DNA of 37,572 nt. Source: Escherichia phage SKA5. Where the stretch lies: the sequence record OR670062.1; one strand, given 5' to 3'. Shown piece after piece: positions 25,171-35,603 of this stretch. Each line of letters starts with the position of its first letter. The stretch's first letter is position 1. The position numbers were made by a program, and so were the translations under genes. The notes beneath the pieces were generated by a model, which was given only the letters and a program-made list of their open reading frames with translations, was not told where the DNA came from and ran no database searches.

Positions 25171-26249
25171 CAGAACGGGTCCTCCTGTACTCTGGCTTTT
25201 TTCTTTTTCCGCGCGCCGGGGGCTTCGGGTTCAGGCAGATAAGCATCAGGCGGGCCGACACGGATTTCCGTCAGGGTGCCGTTCTGGTCCTGAGTAAACG
25301 TGACTTCCGAAACAAGCAGTTCGGTATTGTCGAAACCACAGACCGGATCAAAGACAATCACCCGCTGGTTGGGCTGCCACAGCGTACCGTTACCCTGTCG
25401 CCAGCCCTGCACCACATAGGTGGTTTCATCCGTCCGCGCCGCCCGTTGTCGGGCTTCAAAGTCAGCACGGGCAATACAACCTGCCCCCGTAGCCTGCCCT
25501 GTCTGCCTGATATACATCGGACGGTAACGGGCAATAAATGCGTCCTCTGTGCGGGCCCGCAGCGCGGTGGTGGTGGCCTCACCGAAATCATCGTCGTTTC
25601 CGGCACGCTGCCCCGCCACCTGGTAAACAGAAAATCGCTCCCGGATACTCTTCTCCGTATCGCAGGAAAGGATGTTTTCCCCGAGTACCAGCGCGGTATG
25701 TGCCCGCGTTGAGCCAATACCGCCAATCACCAGCCTGCCGTGCGGGTCGTCGTAAGCCAGTGCCTGCTGCTGACCGAGTATTTTGTTAATCACCTCGATC
25801 ACCGTTTCACCGTGATCAGGCTGGACATCAGGAATAACACCCGACGGCGCACCGCTGTTCACCACCTCAATGCCGAAGGGCGCAGCAAGCGCCTGCGCAA
25901 TCTGTACCAGCGATCGTCCGTTAAACTGTGTCGGTTCGGCTGCACAATCAATCAGGTCAGCGGTCAGACTGCGTCCGGCAATACCGGTGCTGACCGAACG
26001 GGCATCGTAACGAACGGGCGTCGCCTCCACCCAGCCGGTGATCACCAGCTCATCACCAATCAGCACCTCCACTTTTGAACCGTTTTTAATGCGCGGCTGA
26101 AGCGTGGTGATACCCTCATCACCCGGCCACTGGCGGGTGATCTCCACACTGAAATCCCGCGCCAGCCGTTCAATACCGGCACCGATGCGCACCGATGTCC
26201 AGCCATTCCACTCCCGGCCATTTACCCGTAGCGTGACATTGTCGTTCAT
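25170..26249 (-). CDS. baseplate hub protein (Mu gpP / gp44-like)
   Basis: 359 aa downstream of the DNA circularisation protein. Confidence 0.7.
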   Translation of the reverse strand: MNDNVTLRVNGREWNGWTSVRIGAGIERLARDFSVEITRQWPGDEGITTLQPRIKNGSKVEVLIGDELVITGWVEATPVRYDARSVSTGIAGRSLTADLIDCAAEPTQFNGRSLVQIAQALAAPFGIEVVNSGAPSGVIPDVQPDHGETVIEVINKILGQQQALAYDDPHGRLVIGGIGSTRAHTALVLGENILSCDTEKSIRERFSVYQVAGQRAGNDDDFGEATTTALRARTEDAFIARYRPMYIRQTGQATGAGCIARADFEARQRAARTDETTYVVQGWRQGNGTLWQPNQRVIVFDPVCGFDNTELLVSEVTFTQDQNGTLTEIRVGPPDAYLPEPEAPGARKKKKARVQEDPF

Positions 26250-27574
26250 TGCACTGGCACCTTCAGAGGGATCACCGGCACAAAGCCGGGATGCGTAATG
26301 GCATTACGCCGAATAATGTCCGCGTCACGCGCCGCGTTATCAAACCAGGTCGCCGCCAGCACCAGCGCGGGTAAAACCTCATCCGGTGTGCGCTGAATGA
26401 TCCGTGCAGACTGTTCAAGGCGCGTGTTGATATCCGCATTCAGATCTGCTTTCACCCGGCGCAGCGCCAGAAACAGCGCATCACTGGTTGTACGGGACAA
26501 CTCCTTATCAATTGCCGTATTCAGTGTGTCGCGAATGTCAGTCAGTTCTTCCCACGTCGGCAGGTCAACTGTGTTTTTCACCGCCGGTGCATTGTTCAGT
26601 GCCGGATGCGTGACGGAAGGCCAGCCAGTGCTCTGCGCAGGTGTTGTTGCCTGCCCCACTGCGGCATTCTGCATCACCGCGGAAGTTGTTGGCGCAGGCA
26701 ATCGGGTGACGGCATACGCCGCTTCGCTGATTGCGGTCGTACGAAGGGTGCTGGCAACCACGTTACGCTGCTGCGTCGCCGTGGCGGTGGTTTTACTGTC
26801 CGTTTTCCAGACGCCGCGCGGTTGCAGATCGCTGCCAAGGCTGACACCAGAAAGCGTTTTGATCATGGTGACCAGGTCGCTGGCGTTACCGTAAAGGCGT
26901 TTCCCGGTACGCCACATTTTCTGCACCTGCTCAACGAAATTTTTGCCTGACGATGGTGGCGGCAGAAGTACCGAGATATCCCCCTGCAACAGCCTGGCCG
27001 CATCCGATACGGCAGAATCCACCACTTTCATCGCATCAGAAACATACCCCAGCATTATGCTGGCATTACCGATAACGTCGTTCTGCACGAAATCCGCCAC
27101 ACCATCGATACTGAAACCGCTGAAGCTGTCACTGATGCAGTCATCCAGTGCAGAACAGGATGACATCAGCGTCTGCGCCGTCGCCGCACCTGATGTGGGG
27201 TAAGAGAGTTCTCCTGCTTCGACAAACTTCAGGTCAAAGCGGACAATACGCCCTTCACTTTTCGATGTGCTGACCCGAACTTCCCCGTCAACACAGACTT
27301 TCAGCTCACCATATGTCGGGTGGACAAGCGTGCCTGGACCGGGTTTATTCAGCGCGTCAATCAGGCGATCGCGCTGGTCAAAGCAGTCATCTCCTACCAC
27401 ATAAGCTGTGATGGACGGGCGGAAAGTGACTTTTCCCAGATCTTCGGTATAGGGCTTGTCGCGGTTCGGATATTCGTGTGTTTCCACACGGCGACCGGTT
27501 CCCGCACTTTCTTCTTCAACCTTAAACGGTACGCCGCGAAATGACGCATCCTGAAGCCTGTCTTTCCACGTCAT
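26246..27574 (-). CDS. DNA circularisation protein (Mu gpN / gp43-like)
   Basis: 442 aa; N-terminus (MTWKDRLQDASFRGVPFKVE) typical of the family. Confidence 0.75.
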   Translation of the reverse strand: MTWKDRLQDASFRGVPFKVEEESAGTGRRVETHEYPNRDKPYTEDLGKVTFRPSITAYVVGDDCFDQRDRLIDALNKPGPGTLVHPTYGELKVCVDGEVRVSTSKSEGRIVRFDLKFVEAGELSYPTSGAATAQTLMSSCSALDDCISDSFSGFSIDGVADFVQNDVIGNASIMLGYVSDAMKVVDSAVSDAARLLQGDISVLLPPPSSGKNFVEQVQKMWRTGKRLYGNASDLVTMIKTLSGVSLGSDLQPRGVWKTDSKTTATATQQRNVVASTLRTTAISEAAYAVTRLPAPTTSAVMQNAAVGQATTPAQSTGWPSVTHPALNNAPAVKNTVDLPTWEELTDIRDTLNTAIDKELSRTTSDALFLALRRVKADLNADINTRLEQSARIIQRTPDEVLPALVLAATWFDNAARDADIIRRNAITHPGFVPVIPLKVPVQ

Positions 27575-27664
27575 ATAAACTCCGGATATAAAAAACCCGC
27601 CAAATCTGCTTTGTCAGTTATTTACATCGCAGAAGATGTGGCGGGAACCTAATATTTTTAATTA

Positions 27665-28159
27665 CTATCTGAGTTGAACATCAATGGAATAAATATCACC
27701 ACTCTTTATAAATTTAGAATCTGTCCTTTCATCAAAAGATTCAAATGACTGTACCTTTAAAAACTTTTTCATTTTATTTTCAAAAATACTTTCATTAACA
27801 CCAGTTAAATACTTGAATGCTCTACCAGCAAGGACCTCATTACTTAAATCCATTGTGTTTTTATTGTCTTTGAAAAACCAAACAATAACCTTTTGTGGGC
27901 ATGATGGATTATAAACAGATATATAAAACTGCGGTTCATATTTTTCATCAGCGTCATCACTAAGCATTTCTTCAGAAGATAATTCTCTTCTGAATTCATA
28001 TTGCCGCTTAGTTATTCCTTCATCCTTTATTATCTCTTGCTTAACTGGTGCAATACCTATAGAAGAGATTAATTCTGACTCATTAAAGCTGAACTTACAC
28101 TCTTCCGCAGCCAAGTTAAAAGATAAAAGTGCAGATATAAAAAAAACAAAGATACGCAT
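27665..28159 (-). CDS. secreted hypothetical protein (AT-rich moron inside the tail operon)
   Basis: 164 aa from MRIFVFF with a GAAGGG SD; the ORF-track start is 28177. N-terminal signal peptide (FISALLSFNLAA / EECK) with no lipobox. Strongly AT-rich. Confidence 0.6.
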   Translation of the reverse strand: MRIFVFFISALLSFNLAAEECKFSFNESELISSIGIAPVKQEIIKDEGITKRQYEFRRELSSEEMLSDDADEKYEPQFYISVYNPSCPQKVIVWFFKDNKNTMDLSNEVLAGRAFKYLTGVNESIFENKMKKFLKVQSFESFDERTDSKFIKSGDIYSIDVQLR

Positions 28160-28258
28160 AATCATCCCTTCAATCATTTGTAAGGAATGATTATATTAAC
28201 TACTTAAATCTGAAAACCCAAATTATGCCAGACAAAAACACATTAATCATTTTGTACA

Positions 28259-30091
28259 CTACCTGAACCGCGTATAGCCAACATCATGGCTGACATCAAA
28301 ACCGCTGGATCGCGTTTCCATAACCCGCATACCCGGAGGCGAATTCACAAAAGATACCTTGATCTCACCATCAACTTTTGGCACAGAAGCTTTGTTAATC
28401 ATGAAGGGATTCGAGCCTGTGGCATCGGAGGCGTTGTTTGCCTGAGCCGGATCCACCGCCGGATAAGGAGTGTATCCCCGTGGCGGTATTCCCGTCCCAT
28501 AAGCATCATAAGCACCCGCGCCCCACTGCGCCGAGTTAATGGCATCGACCGTGTCACCGGAACTGTCGGTAAACCATTCAATAATCGGCTTCAGCTTACC
28601 CCACATATCCTGAAACCACTTAACAACCGGTCCCCAGTTATTGATCACCATCCCCAGCGGCGACCAGGCAAAAACCTTCTTCAGAAGTTCCCAACCTGCC
28701 TCAAAATAAGGACCAATGGTTTCCCAGAGCTTCTTGAAATAAGGTCCGACAACATCCCAGTTAGTGATAATTAATCCCGCAGCCAGAGCAATCGCCGTCG
28801 CAATCATGCCAATCGGCGTCATCGACATGATCCTGCTGACAATACTGATGGCACTGCCCACGCCCATCAATCCCAGTTTCAGAATCGCAAGACCGGCAGC
28901 AAGCCCGACGACGCCGCGAATAACCCGGGGATTTTCATCCGCAAACTTCGTGAATTTCTCCCCCAACTCCCCCAGCCATTGTGTGATATTTTTAGCGTCA
29001 CCAGAAAATGCGCCGCCAATAGCCGCAAGGCCGTTAGTTGCGGTCCCTGTCATTGCCTCCCACAGGTTGGACAGCGTACCAAGCTGTGCCTGAACACGTT
29101 TATTCAGGCTGGCCTGTTTATTCATCTTCTGCTGGATCTGATCGTAGCCATCCTTTCCTTTATCGATTAGTGCATTGACCACCTGAAGGGTTTCGGCATC
29201 ATCACCAAATATTGCCTTAAGTACACCTGTTCGCTTAACGTCGGTCAGTTTTCGCAGCTTTGCCAGTTGCCTGAACATGTTATCAAGACCGCCAAAACTT
29301 CCTTTGCCGTCAGTAAAATCGAGCTGTACCCCGAGTTTCTGGCGGGCCATAACTTTATTAACGTCCCTGATTTTCTTAACGCTTAATCCGGACTGGATAA
29401 CTTTTCGCAGGGCATTACCTGCCGACTCCCCGTTCATCCCCATCTGATCCATCATGACGCTGATGGGGGCAAGGCTCTGTGCAGCCTGAAGACCATCCTT
29501 GTTCACCATCTTCAGAACAGAACTGGTTTTAGTGAAGAAGGACAACATGTTGGTATCGTCAACGCCCAGATAAAACGCCTTCTGGATAGTGTCGAACAGC
29601 CCCATCATGTCTTCTGACGCCGTTCCGGTAGCATCCTGCATCTTTGCAGCAAACTCAGCAGCCGCTTCCGGTGTTTTTTTCAGTTGTACCGCAAGATAAG
29701 CTGTCGCTTTACCCACACCACCCAGAATGTTTTCTGCCGGGATCCCCTGACGCACCAGCATCTGCATCATGTTCTGGAAATCAGCCGTTGTACCGGGTAG
29801 CTGGTTACCCAGGCCAATAGCCAGTTTATTGATGTCCTGAAAGCTCTTTCCAACCTCGCCGTTCGCATCCATCATGGCGACTTTCAGCCCGGTGGCGGCG
29901 TTTTCCTGATCGGCATAAGATTTCAGGGAAAGCGTCAGACCCGCTGCCAGTCCGCCACCAAGCGCCAGCCCACCCTGTGACGCTTCTTCCGCCTGGCGTT
30001 TAAATCCCCGGATTTTCTTTTGCATTTTCGACAGCGCGGGAGAAAGCCTGTCGACACCGGTGATCAACGCCTTAAGCTCAAATTCAGCCAT
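28259..30091 (-). CDS. tail tape measure protein
   Basis: 610 aa, Ala/Gly-rich with hydrophobic stretches, downstream of the frameshifted chaperone genes. Confidence 0.85.
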   Translation of the reverse strand: MAEFELKALITGVDRLSPALSKMQKKIRGFKRQAEEASQGGLALGGGLAAGLTLSLKSYADQENAATGLKVAMMDANGEVGKSFQDINKLAIGLGNQLPGTTADFQNMMQMLVRQGIPAENILGGVGKATAYLAVQLKKTPEAAAEFAAKMQDATGTASEDMMGLFDTIQKAFYLGVDDTNMLSFFTKTSSVLKMVNKDGLQAAQSLAPISVMMDQMGMNGESAGNALRKVIQSGLSVKKIRDVNKVMARQKLGVQLDFTDGKGSFGGLDNMFRQLAKLRKLTDVKRTGVLKAIFGDDAETLQVVNALIDKGKDGYDQIQQKMNKQASLNKRVQAQLGTLSNLWEAMTGTATNGLAAIGGAFSGDAKNITQWLGELGEKFTKFADENPRVIRGVVGLAAGLAILKLGLMGVGSAISIVSRIMSMTPIGMIATAIALAAGLIITNWDVVGPYFKKLWETIGPYFEAGWELLKKVFAWSPLGMVINNWGPVVKWFQDMWGKLKPIIEWFTDSSGDTVDAINSAQWGAGAYDAYGTGIPPRGYTPYPAVDPAQANNASDATGSNPFMINKASVPKVDGEIKVSFVNSPPGMRVMETRSSGFDVSHDVGYTRFR

Positions 30092-30502
30092 GTGTGCGTT
30101 TCTCCTGCTCTATCCTGTTTGCCTGACTGACCAGTAAGGGAATTTCACTGATCGGCATATTCAGCAATTCGAAAGGATTAATGCGCCAGTAGCTGGCGCA
30201 GTCAAAGAAGCGATCAGTGAGGTATTCAGCCGTCAGGCCTGGAGGAAAAAACCAGCCACAAGCCACGCCGCTGCATTCAGGTCTGCCGGAGACATCTGGT
30301 CGACAGAGCTTTGCGGCACTTTCGCCAGCCGCACAATGTATTTCGATACCACATGCGCCAGAAGTCTGACGGACTCATCCTGATTCATCTGGTAGGGATA
30401 TCCCAGCTCGCGGACATCTTTCCCGGTGGGTTCATCAAACTCCAGTACGGAGAGTGTCTCGCCATGAGCAGTAATCGGTTTCTTTAACTCAAGCTCTTTC
30501 AT
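30084..30502 (-). CDS. tail assembly chaperone, predicted -1 frameshift fusion product
   Basis: Slippery T-TTT-TTC heptamer in the overlap of ORF 30233..30502 with the -1-frame ORF 30084..30266, in the conserved position between tail tube and tape measure. Confidence 0.5.
30233..30502 (-). CDS. tail assembly chaperone (short product)
   Basis: 89 aa, acidic, immediately downstream of the tail tube gene. Confidence 0.7.
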   Translation of the reverse strand: MKELELKKPITAHGETLSVLEFDEPTGKDVRELGYPYQMNQDESVRLLAHVVSKYIVRLAKVPQSSVDQMSPADLNAAAWLVAGFFLQA

Positions 30503-30858
30503 TACTGGTAATCCCCTTCTTCACCGTGGAACTCAAGATCAACCGTGCCTTCTTCGGCATTATGGTTCGCTTCGCCGTGCAGCCAGGCAGACGACAGTAC
30601 ATAGACCTGACCGTTAGCCAGCTCGGCAGTGATGGTCATCTCATCAGACGAGGTGATTTTGCTCACCGGAAAATTCTTCGGCACCTTGAAGGTCCCTTTG
30701 ACATAAGGTGCACGGTGAGTTTCCTTGCGGTCCACTGAACCGTCCAGGCCGATGATGTCATCATTAACCGTCCTGTTCATGGGCACTTCAATGCCGCCGG
30801 TCAGCGATAGCTGCTGACCGTCAATTTTGAAATAACAGGTTCCCCCGATACGGGCCAT
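30502..30858 (-). CDS. tail tube protein
   Basis: 118 aa immediately downstream of the sheath gene. Confidence 0.75.
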   Translation of the reverse strand: MARIGGTCYFKIDGQQLSLTGGIEVPMNRTVNDDIIGLDGSVDRKETHRAPYVKGTFKVPKNFPVSKITSSDEMTITAELANGQVYVLSSAWLHGEANHNAEEGTVDLEFHGEEGDYQ

Positions 30859-32354
30859 TATGCAGACTCCTCTGAATACTGAAGACGGAACTGGTTAACC
30901 ACGGCAAAGACACGCAACTGGTTAACATAGTCAGGCGGGAACAGCGTGTTCAGGCGGTTCGGATCGCTGGCATCACGCTCCACAACCAGGTACTGCTTAA
31001 ACAGTTCGTAGTTTTCCACGATCCCCGCACGCTCAAGCTGACGGTAGGTTGCCAGCAGTTCCCCTTTGATCACCGCCGGGGTGACAATCGCCTGACCGGG
31101 ACCAAAGCGGGTACCGTCACTGGCAAGCTTGTGACGCCCGTACTTACTGGTAATGACGGATTTCAGTTTGCGCAGTACATACGCGCTGGTATGCAGCGTC
31201 TCACTGTCGAGGTAGCTGTTATCCGCAACCCCGTAAGCGTTTTTCCTGTACGTGGTGACATCACGCTGAATGCGTAGTACCCCGCTTTCGACATACGCCG
31301 TTGCCACGCCATGAGACAGCAGGGTCTGTTGTTCGGTCATCGTGAACCGTTTCCCCTTCGGCGCAGGCAGCATACCCACCAGCTCACCGGTCTGCGTGGG
31401 ACGTGCCGGATCGTTGCGAATAAACACCGCTGCGCGGGCGGTACGGCTTGCCGCCAGCTCGTCGGCAGGCGTCTGGGTCTCTTTTTCGTACCCCGCCAGG
31501 GTAATGTGCTGCTGGTTAAACTGATCACCTGCGGTCACCAGTTCTGACAGCGTGCCGATCTTTGCCGTATACACATGACCATACAGCTGACGTGCATAGC
31601 TCCAGCGACCGCTGGTATCGTTCATCTCGGTCACCAGCGTGTTAACGGAGGCCGTGTCGTTGAACGGCAGACCGATATAATCAAACGGCTCATCCGCCAT
31701 TGCAGCCACCGCGCCGGTGAGAACAGGAGCGCCCGTTCCGGCGGTCCCCGCCGCCACGGCAATCTGTACGCCCGCTGGCAGCACTTCGCCCCCACCAAAG
31801 CCGTAGTAATTGAGGCTGACAGGAATTTCATTCCCGCAAAGCCCCTTATGACGCGCGGTCAGCGTGACCACGCCTGCCGAAGATGAGGCCGTAAACGGCA
31901 GAGCCGGAACGGCATTGATGGCATCCTTGATACTGCTGGCAATCGTCGCGACGTTATCGCCGTTGGTCACCGGTGCCTGCACGCGGGTACGTCCCACATA
32001 AACATTTACCGTGCCGGTTTCGGTTGCCGCCCCGGTCACCGTCAGCGTAACCGTTGCCGCCGCGCCCGTGGATTCAGGAACGGCAATCACATACAGCTCA
32101 CCAAACGGGTCGGTCTGGCGATAAGCCTCGACCATACGCGCCAGCTGACTTCCCGCACCACAAATCTGACGTGCATAGTCTGCCGACGGCATCAGCACCA
32201 GACTGTTGGCAACAATCTCTGCACCGTTATTGGCGTGACCAATCAGCAGCGATGCCCCGCTATCCTGGGCGGTGTTCGCCGCCGAGTTATCCATTTCCGC
32301 ATAAAACAACGGAACCAGCGTATTCGACGGAATGGTGTTAAAGCTTATCGTCAT
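30858..32354 (-). CDS. tail sheath protein (contractile tail)
   Basis: 498 aa; size and position match Mu-like sheath proteins. Confidence 0.85.
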   Translation of the reverse strand: MTISFNTIPSNTLVPLFYAEMDNSAANTAQDSGASLLIGHANNGAEIVANSLVLMPSADYARQICGAGSQLARMVEAYRQTDPFGELYVIAVPESTGAAATVTLTVTGAATETGTVNVYVGRTRVQAPVTNGDNVATIASSIKDAINAVPALPFTASSSAGVVTLTARHKGLCGNEIPVSLNYYGFGGGEVLPAGVQIAVAAGTAGTGAPVLTGAVAAMADEPFDYIGLPFNDTASVNTLVTEMNDTSGRWSYARQLYGHVYTAKIGTLSELVTAGDQFNQQHITLAGYEKETQTPADELAASRTARAAVFIRNDPARPTQTGELVGMLPAPKGKRFTMTEQQTLLSHGVATAYVESGVLRIQRDVTTYRKNAYGVADNSYLDSETLHTSAYVLRKLKSVITSKYGRHKLASDGTRFGPGQAIVTPAVIKGELLATYRQLERAGIVENYELFKQYLVVERDASDPNRLNTLFPPDYVNQLRVFAVVNQFRLQYSEESA

Positions 32355-32508
32355 CGGTGTTCACCTTTTTATTCACGCGCCGGATATCACCCGCTGCTTC
32401 ACGGCGCAGCCAGTAGTTGTTCTCATCAACATTTCGCCCCTCGGCGGGCAAAAGGTCGCCGCGGGCAGGGTCAGGCACTGACCGCCCTTTAACAGGTTTC
32501 ACAAACAT
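32338..32508 (-). CDS. DUF2635-like small protein (Mu gp38-like)
   Basis: 56-aa ORF below the track threshold: MFVKPVKGRSVPDPARGDLLPAEGRNVDENNYWLRR. GAGGA SD; overlaps the sheath start. Confidence 0.55.
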   Translation of the reverse strand: MFVKPVKGRSVPDPARGDLLPAEGRNVDENNYWLRREAAGDIRRVNKKVNTDDDKL

Positions 32509-32516
32509 GAGGATCC

Positions 32517-33077
32517 TCAGGAAGGAAGGGTTATTTCGGTGTGATGTTCGATATCGCCGTCAGGCCCGTTACCGGGATCGAGATAATCAACATCAATCGC
32601 CAGCGTTTGCAGTTCATCCAGACTGTTCAGGTCATCCTGCTGGCGGGTATCGTCTTCGGTCAGCTCGCTGATGACCGAAAAATCGAACTGATAAATCAGC
32701 TCATGACGATTCAGATCCAGCAGCGTGCCGCCGTCATAGGTAATCGGGTTACCGCACGCTTCCGGGTTCCAGCCCAGCAAGGCCTTAAAGAGCATCTGCC
32801 GGACATCGTCCACCACATCATACGAAGCAAACTGACCGCGCTCATCACGCCCGTTACTCAGTATGACAACCACGGAGAAGCCCTCTTTCAGCTCCTGCCA
32901 GTAGTCGGTCTGGCTTTTGTTTTCTCCCGGAGAGTCATCACCCGGTACCACATACGCCGCCGGGAGTCTCAGCTTTCCGACCTCCGGCAGATTTTTGAAC
33001 TGTGCCGCGCCTGCCACCCGGTTTTCAAAATACGGGCAGCGGGCACGCAGCGCAGCAATAACAGGCGTCAGTTTCAT
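32517..33077 (-). CDS. tail terminator/completion protein (Mu gp37-like)
   Basis: 186 aa upstream of the DUF2635-like and sheath genes. Confidence 0.55.
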   Translation of the reverse strand: MKLTPVIAALRARCPYFENRVAGAAQFKNLPEVGKLRLPAAYVVPGDDSPGENKSQTDYWQELKEGFSVVVILSNGRDERGQFASYDVVDDVRQMLFKALLGWNPEACGNPITYDGGTLLDLNRHELIYQFDFSVISELTEDDTRQQDDLNSLDELQTLAIDVDYLDPGNGPDGDIEHHTEITLPS

Positions 33078-33580
33078 CTGCGTCGTCGCTCCGGCTTCAG
33101 TGATTTACGTAATTCTCGCGCCAGAAAATAGCGTGTCCAGCTGCGGTTCTTTTCAAGAGTTTCCACCATAAAGTTATTACGTGGAGCCAGCCGCCAGCCG
33201 CTGCCACCGGATGCACCACGATGATGACTACGACGACGTTTTGCTCCTCCCCGGACACCAAAAAACAGAAACGCCGGATAGAAGTCACCAGAGATCATCC
33301 GGTTCCCCTTCCCGTTGCGCTGGTTAGGGGCAATGCGTGTCATAAAACCGGCTCGCTTTTTACTGGCTCTCGGCACCATGTAACCAATCGAACGAGCCAG
33401 GCGTCCGGTCTGATAACCGGGGTTTTCACCCGGTGCCGACCGCGCACGGCGCATCACCAGCCGACGGGCATCACGCATATGACGCTGCCCAATCGTGACA
33501 AACGCCCGCCGGACACGGGCGCGGTTAAAGCGCATCTCGGCGGGCTGCTGAACATCAACGTGAAAAAAGGGAGTCGCCAT
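33074..33580 (-). CDS. HK97 gp10-family-like neck/tail-completion protein
   Basis: 168 aa, basic; position between the head-tail adaptor and tail terminator. Confidence 0.5.
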   Translation of the reverse strand: MATPFFHVDVQQPAEMRFNRARVRRAFVTIGQRHMRDARRLVMRRARSAPGENPGYQTGRLARSIGYMVPRASKKRAGFMTRIAPNQRNGKGNRMISGDFYPAFLFFGVRGGAKRRRSHHRGASGGSGWRLAPRNNFMVETLEKNRSWTRYFLARELRKSLKPERRRR

Positions 33581-33965
33581 TGCTGCCTCCGTGACTCTGC
33601 GTAAATTCGCCCAGTTCCGTACACTCCAGCAGCAGAAAGCGCCGCGCCCCGTTCAGATCGCGCTGACGTTTCACCCGGTACACACTGTCATCACAGACCA
33701 CCTCATAATCAGCAGTGATCCCGCGGCGGTAGCGAATGGTGATGTAATGGGTGATGGCATCTCCGGTCTGCGCGGTTTCCTGCCAGGTGGTGGCACTGGT
33801 CTGGATAACCTTCGCCCATGCCCGGAACGCAACCGGGTATTGAGGCTCCACGCCAAAGTTATCCGCGGGCATATCCACCCGCTGGCGGATCAGGACGCGT
33901 TTATTCAGTTCGCCGGGGTCCGGCAGTATGTAGGTTGCGCTGGTCTGCGCCTGACGAATTTTCAT
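33555..33965 (-). CDS. head-tail adaptor (head closure) protein
   Basis: 136 aa; ATGA overlap with the connector gene. Confidence 0.6.
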   Translation of the reverse strand: MKIRQAQTSATYILPDPGELNKRVLIRQRVDMPADNFGVEPQYPVAFRAWAKVIQTSATTWQETAQTGDAITHYITIRYRRGITADYEVVCDDSVYRVKRQRDLNGARRFLLLECTELGEFTQSHGGSNGDSLFSR

Positions 33966-34285
33966 AGTGGTATAAGGCGATAAGGAGCAACCAACCAGTT
34001 AAAGCTCATTGGCAACTCCATTTTCTCAACGTCTGTAACCGTTGAGCGGTTTTCGTAGAAATGGCTGACAAGTAGCAGGAGCGCCAGCTTCACATCATCA
34101 GATATCACAAGCCCATCAGGATCATCCGCAGGCCTGTCATCTGCGGTTGCATACAACGTACGGTTAAGGAAGTTTTCCGTCCGACTCTGAGCGGCCTTCC
34201 CAAGTAGTTCAAGCAACTCATCTTCATCAGAGAAATCATCATCCAGACGAAGCTGAAGCTTAATCTCTTCCATTTTTAACAGCAT
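33962..34285 (-). CDS. head-tail connector protein (gp6-like)
   Basis: 107 aa from MLLKMEE with an AGGAGG SD; the ORF-track start is 34330. Acidic helical protein after the major capsid gene. Confidence 0.6.
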   Translation of the reverse strand: MLLKMEEIKLQLRLDDDFSDEDELLELLGKAAQSRTENFLNRTLYATADDRPADDPDGLVISDDVKLALLLLVSHFYENRSTVTDVEKMELPMSFNWLVAPYRLIPL

Positions 34286-34363
34286 AAAACCTCCTGTGCC
34301 CGCCAGAACGCGGGCACAAAAAAACCGCATTACGCGGCGTGCTGTATTACGTAAAAAGACTAA

Positions 34364-35593
34364 TCAACCACCAACGCTACCTTTCCCCACCAGCGCTTTA
34401 ATGGCAGAGGTGTCTTCCAGAATACAGTCAAAACGATGGAAGGCCAGAAAACCGGTCTGATCATATTCTGCGTAACGCTCAACCAGACGTTTAAGAATCA
34501 TGTATCGCACACGACGGATAATGAAGCGATCAAAGTCACCACAGAACATGAATTTTTTACCCGCCCCGATATCATCAATTTCCTGATCAATGACATACGG
34601 TACATTCAACACTGAAGCAGGTGCCACACCAACAATATCCGGCAACCATAAAGGGCGTCCCTGACCGTCTTCCATCTCACTGATCAGTTTCAGCGTATTA
34701 TCGTTAAACGCCAGGCGGAATTTCGGTCCGCGACGATATGCAGGATCAATGCTGTGTTTCAGAGCCAGAATTTCCTGCCACTTCACCGCATTTGCCGCGG
34801 CAGTCTGTGTTGTGCCGGTCACTGATGCTGCCAGCCCTTTGGGTTGTTTAGGCGTACCAGCCCCCGTCCCCTGAATCAGATAACGGGCTTCACCACGACC
34901 AATACGTTCAGCAATGCGACGGGCAAGATAAGCTTCCATATCGATCGCACTGTCCTGCAGCAACTCATTAGACACACGAATTATTTTCGATGTCATTTTG
35001 AGCGCCCCAAGGCTTCCCATACCGAAATCGGTGTCTTCTTCACCGGCTTCTTCATTTTCGCCCAGCAGAACACCAACTTCGGAAGTACCATCAGCTGTTG
35101 CCCACTCCATAGTGCGACCGTCAGAAGTGGTAAGAATCTGCGCCACACTGGCGATGCCACCGTAGGATTTCATCTTCTCAACAACTTTCGCCAGGAATGT
35201 TTCTGGTACGGTATATCCGCCCTTTTCATCCTGAGCTACGCCCTGGGCACGAAGTTCACGCAACGCCTTTCGTTCTTCTGATGTCAGCTCACTGGCACCG
35301 TGACGCATCCACTTATCAAAAACCTGAGCTCGTTTCTCATCCTGTTGCGGATTGTTTTCCGGATCAAGATTCTGACGCTGCTCTTCCTCATTGCTTTCAA
35401 TGTACGCCTGATCCTGACGACGCAGTTCTTCTTCGCGTGCAATTCGTTCATCAAGCGCTTCCAGTTCGGATTTTGCTTTGTTCCACTCAGTGCGCTGCTC
35501 TTCCGTCCATGCGTTATCACCAATTTTTTCATTCAGGGCGCGCATGTCAGTTGCGATAGTATTACGTTTCTGTTTCAGTTCATGCAGTTTCAT
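34364..35593 (-). CDS. major capsid protein (HK97 fold family)
   Basis: 409 aa with an N-terminal coiled-coil delta-domain-like region and a C-terminal capsid domain. Follows the prohead protease. Confidence 0.9.
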   Translation of the reverse strand: MKLHELKQKRNTIATDMRALNEKIGDNAWTEEQRTEWNKAKSELEALDERIAREEELRRQDQAYIESNEEEQRQNLDPENNPQQDEKRAQVFDKWMRHGASELTSEERKALRELRAQGVAQDEKGGYTVPETFLAKVVEKMKSYGGIASVAQILTTSDGRTMEWATADGTSEVGVLLGENEEAGEEDTDFGMGSLGALKMTSKIIRVSNELLQDSAIDMEAYLARRIAERIGRGEARYLIQGTGAGTPKQPKGLAASVTGTTQTAAANAVKWQEILALKHSIDPAYRRGPKFRLAFNDNTLKLISEMEDGQGRPLWLPDIVGVAPASVLNVPYVIDQEIDDIGAGKKFMFCGDFDRFIIRRVRYMILKRLVERYAEYDQTGFLAFHRFDCILEDTSAIKALVGKGSVGG

Positions 35594-35603
35594 GATGTTT
35601 CCT

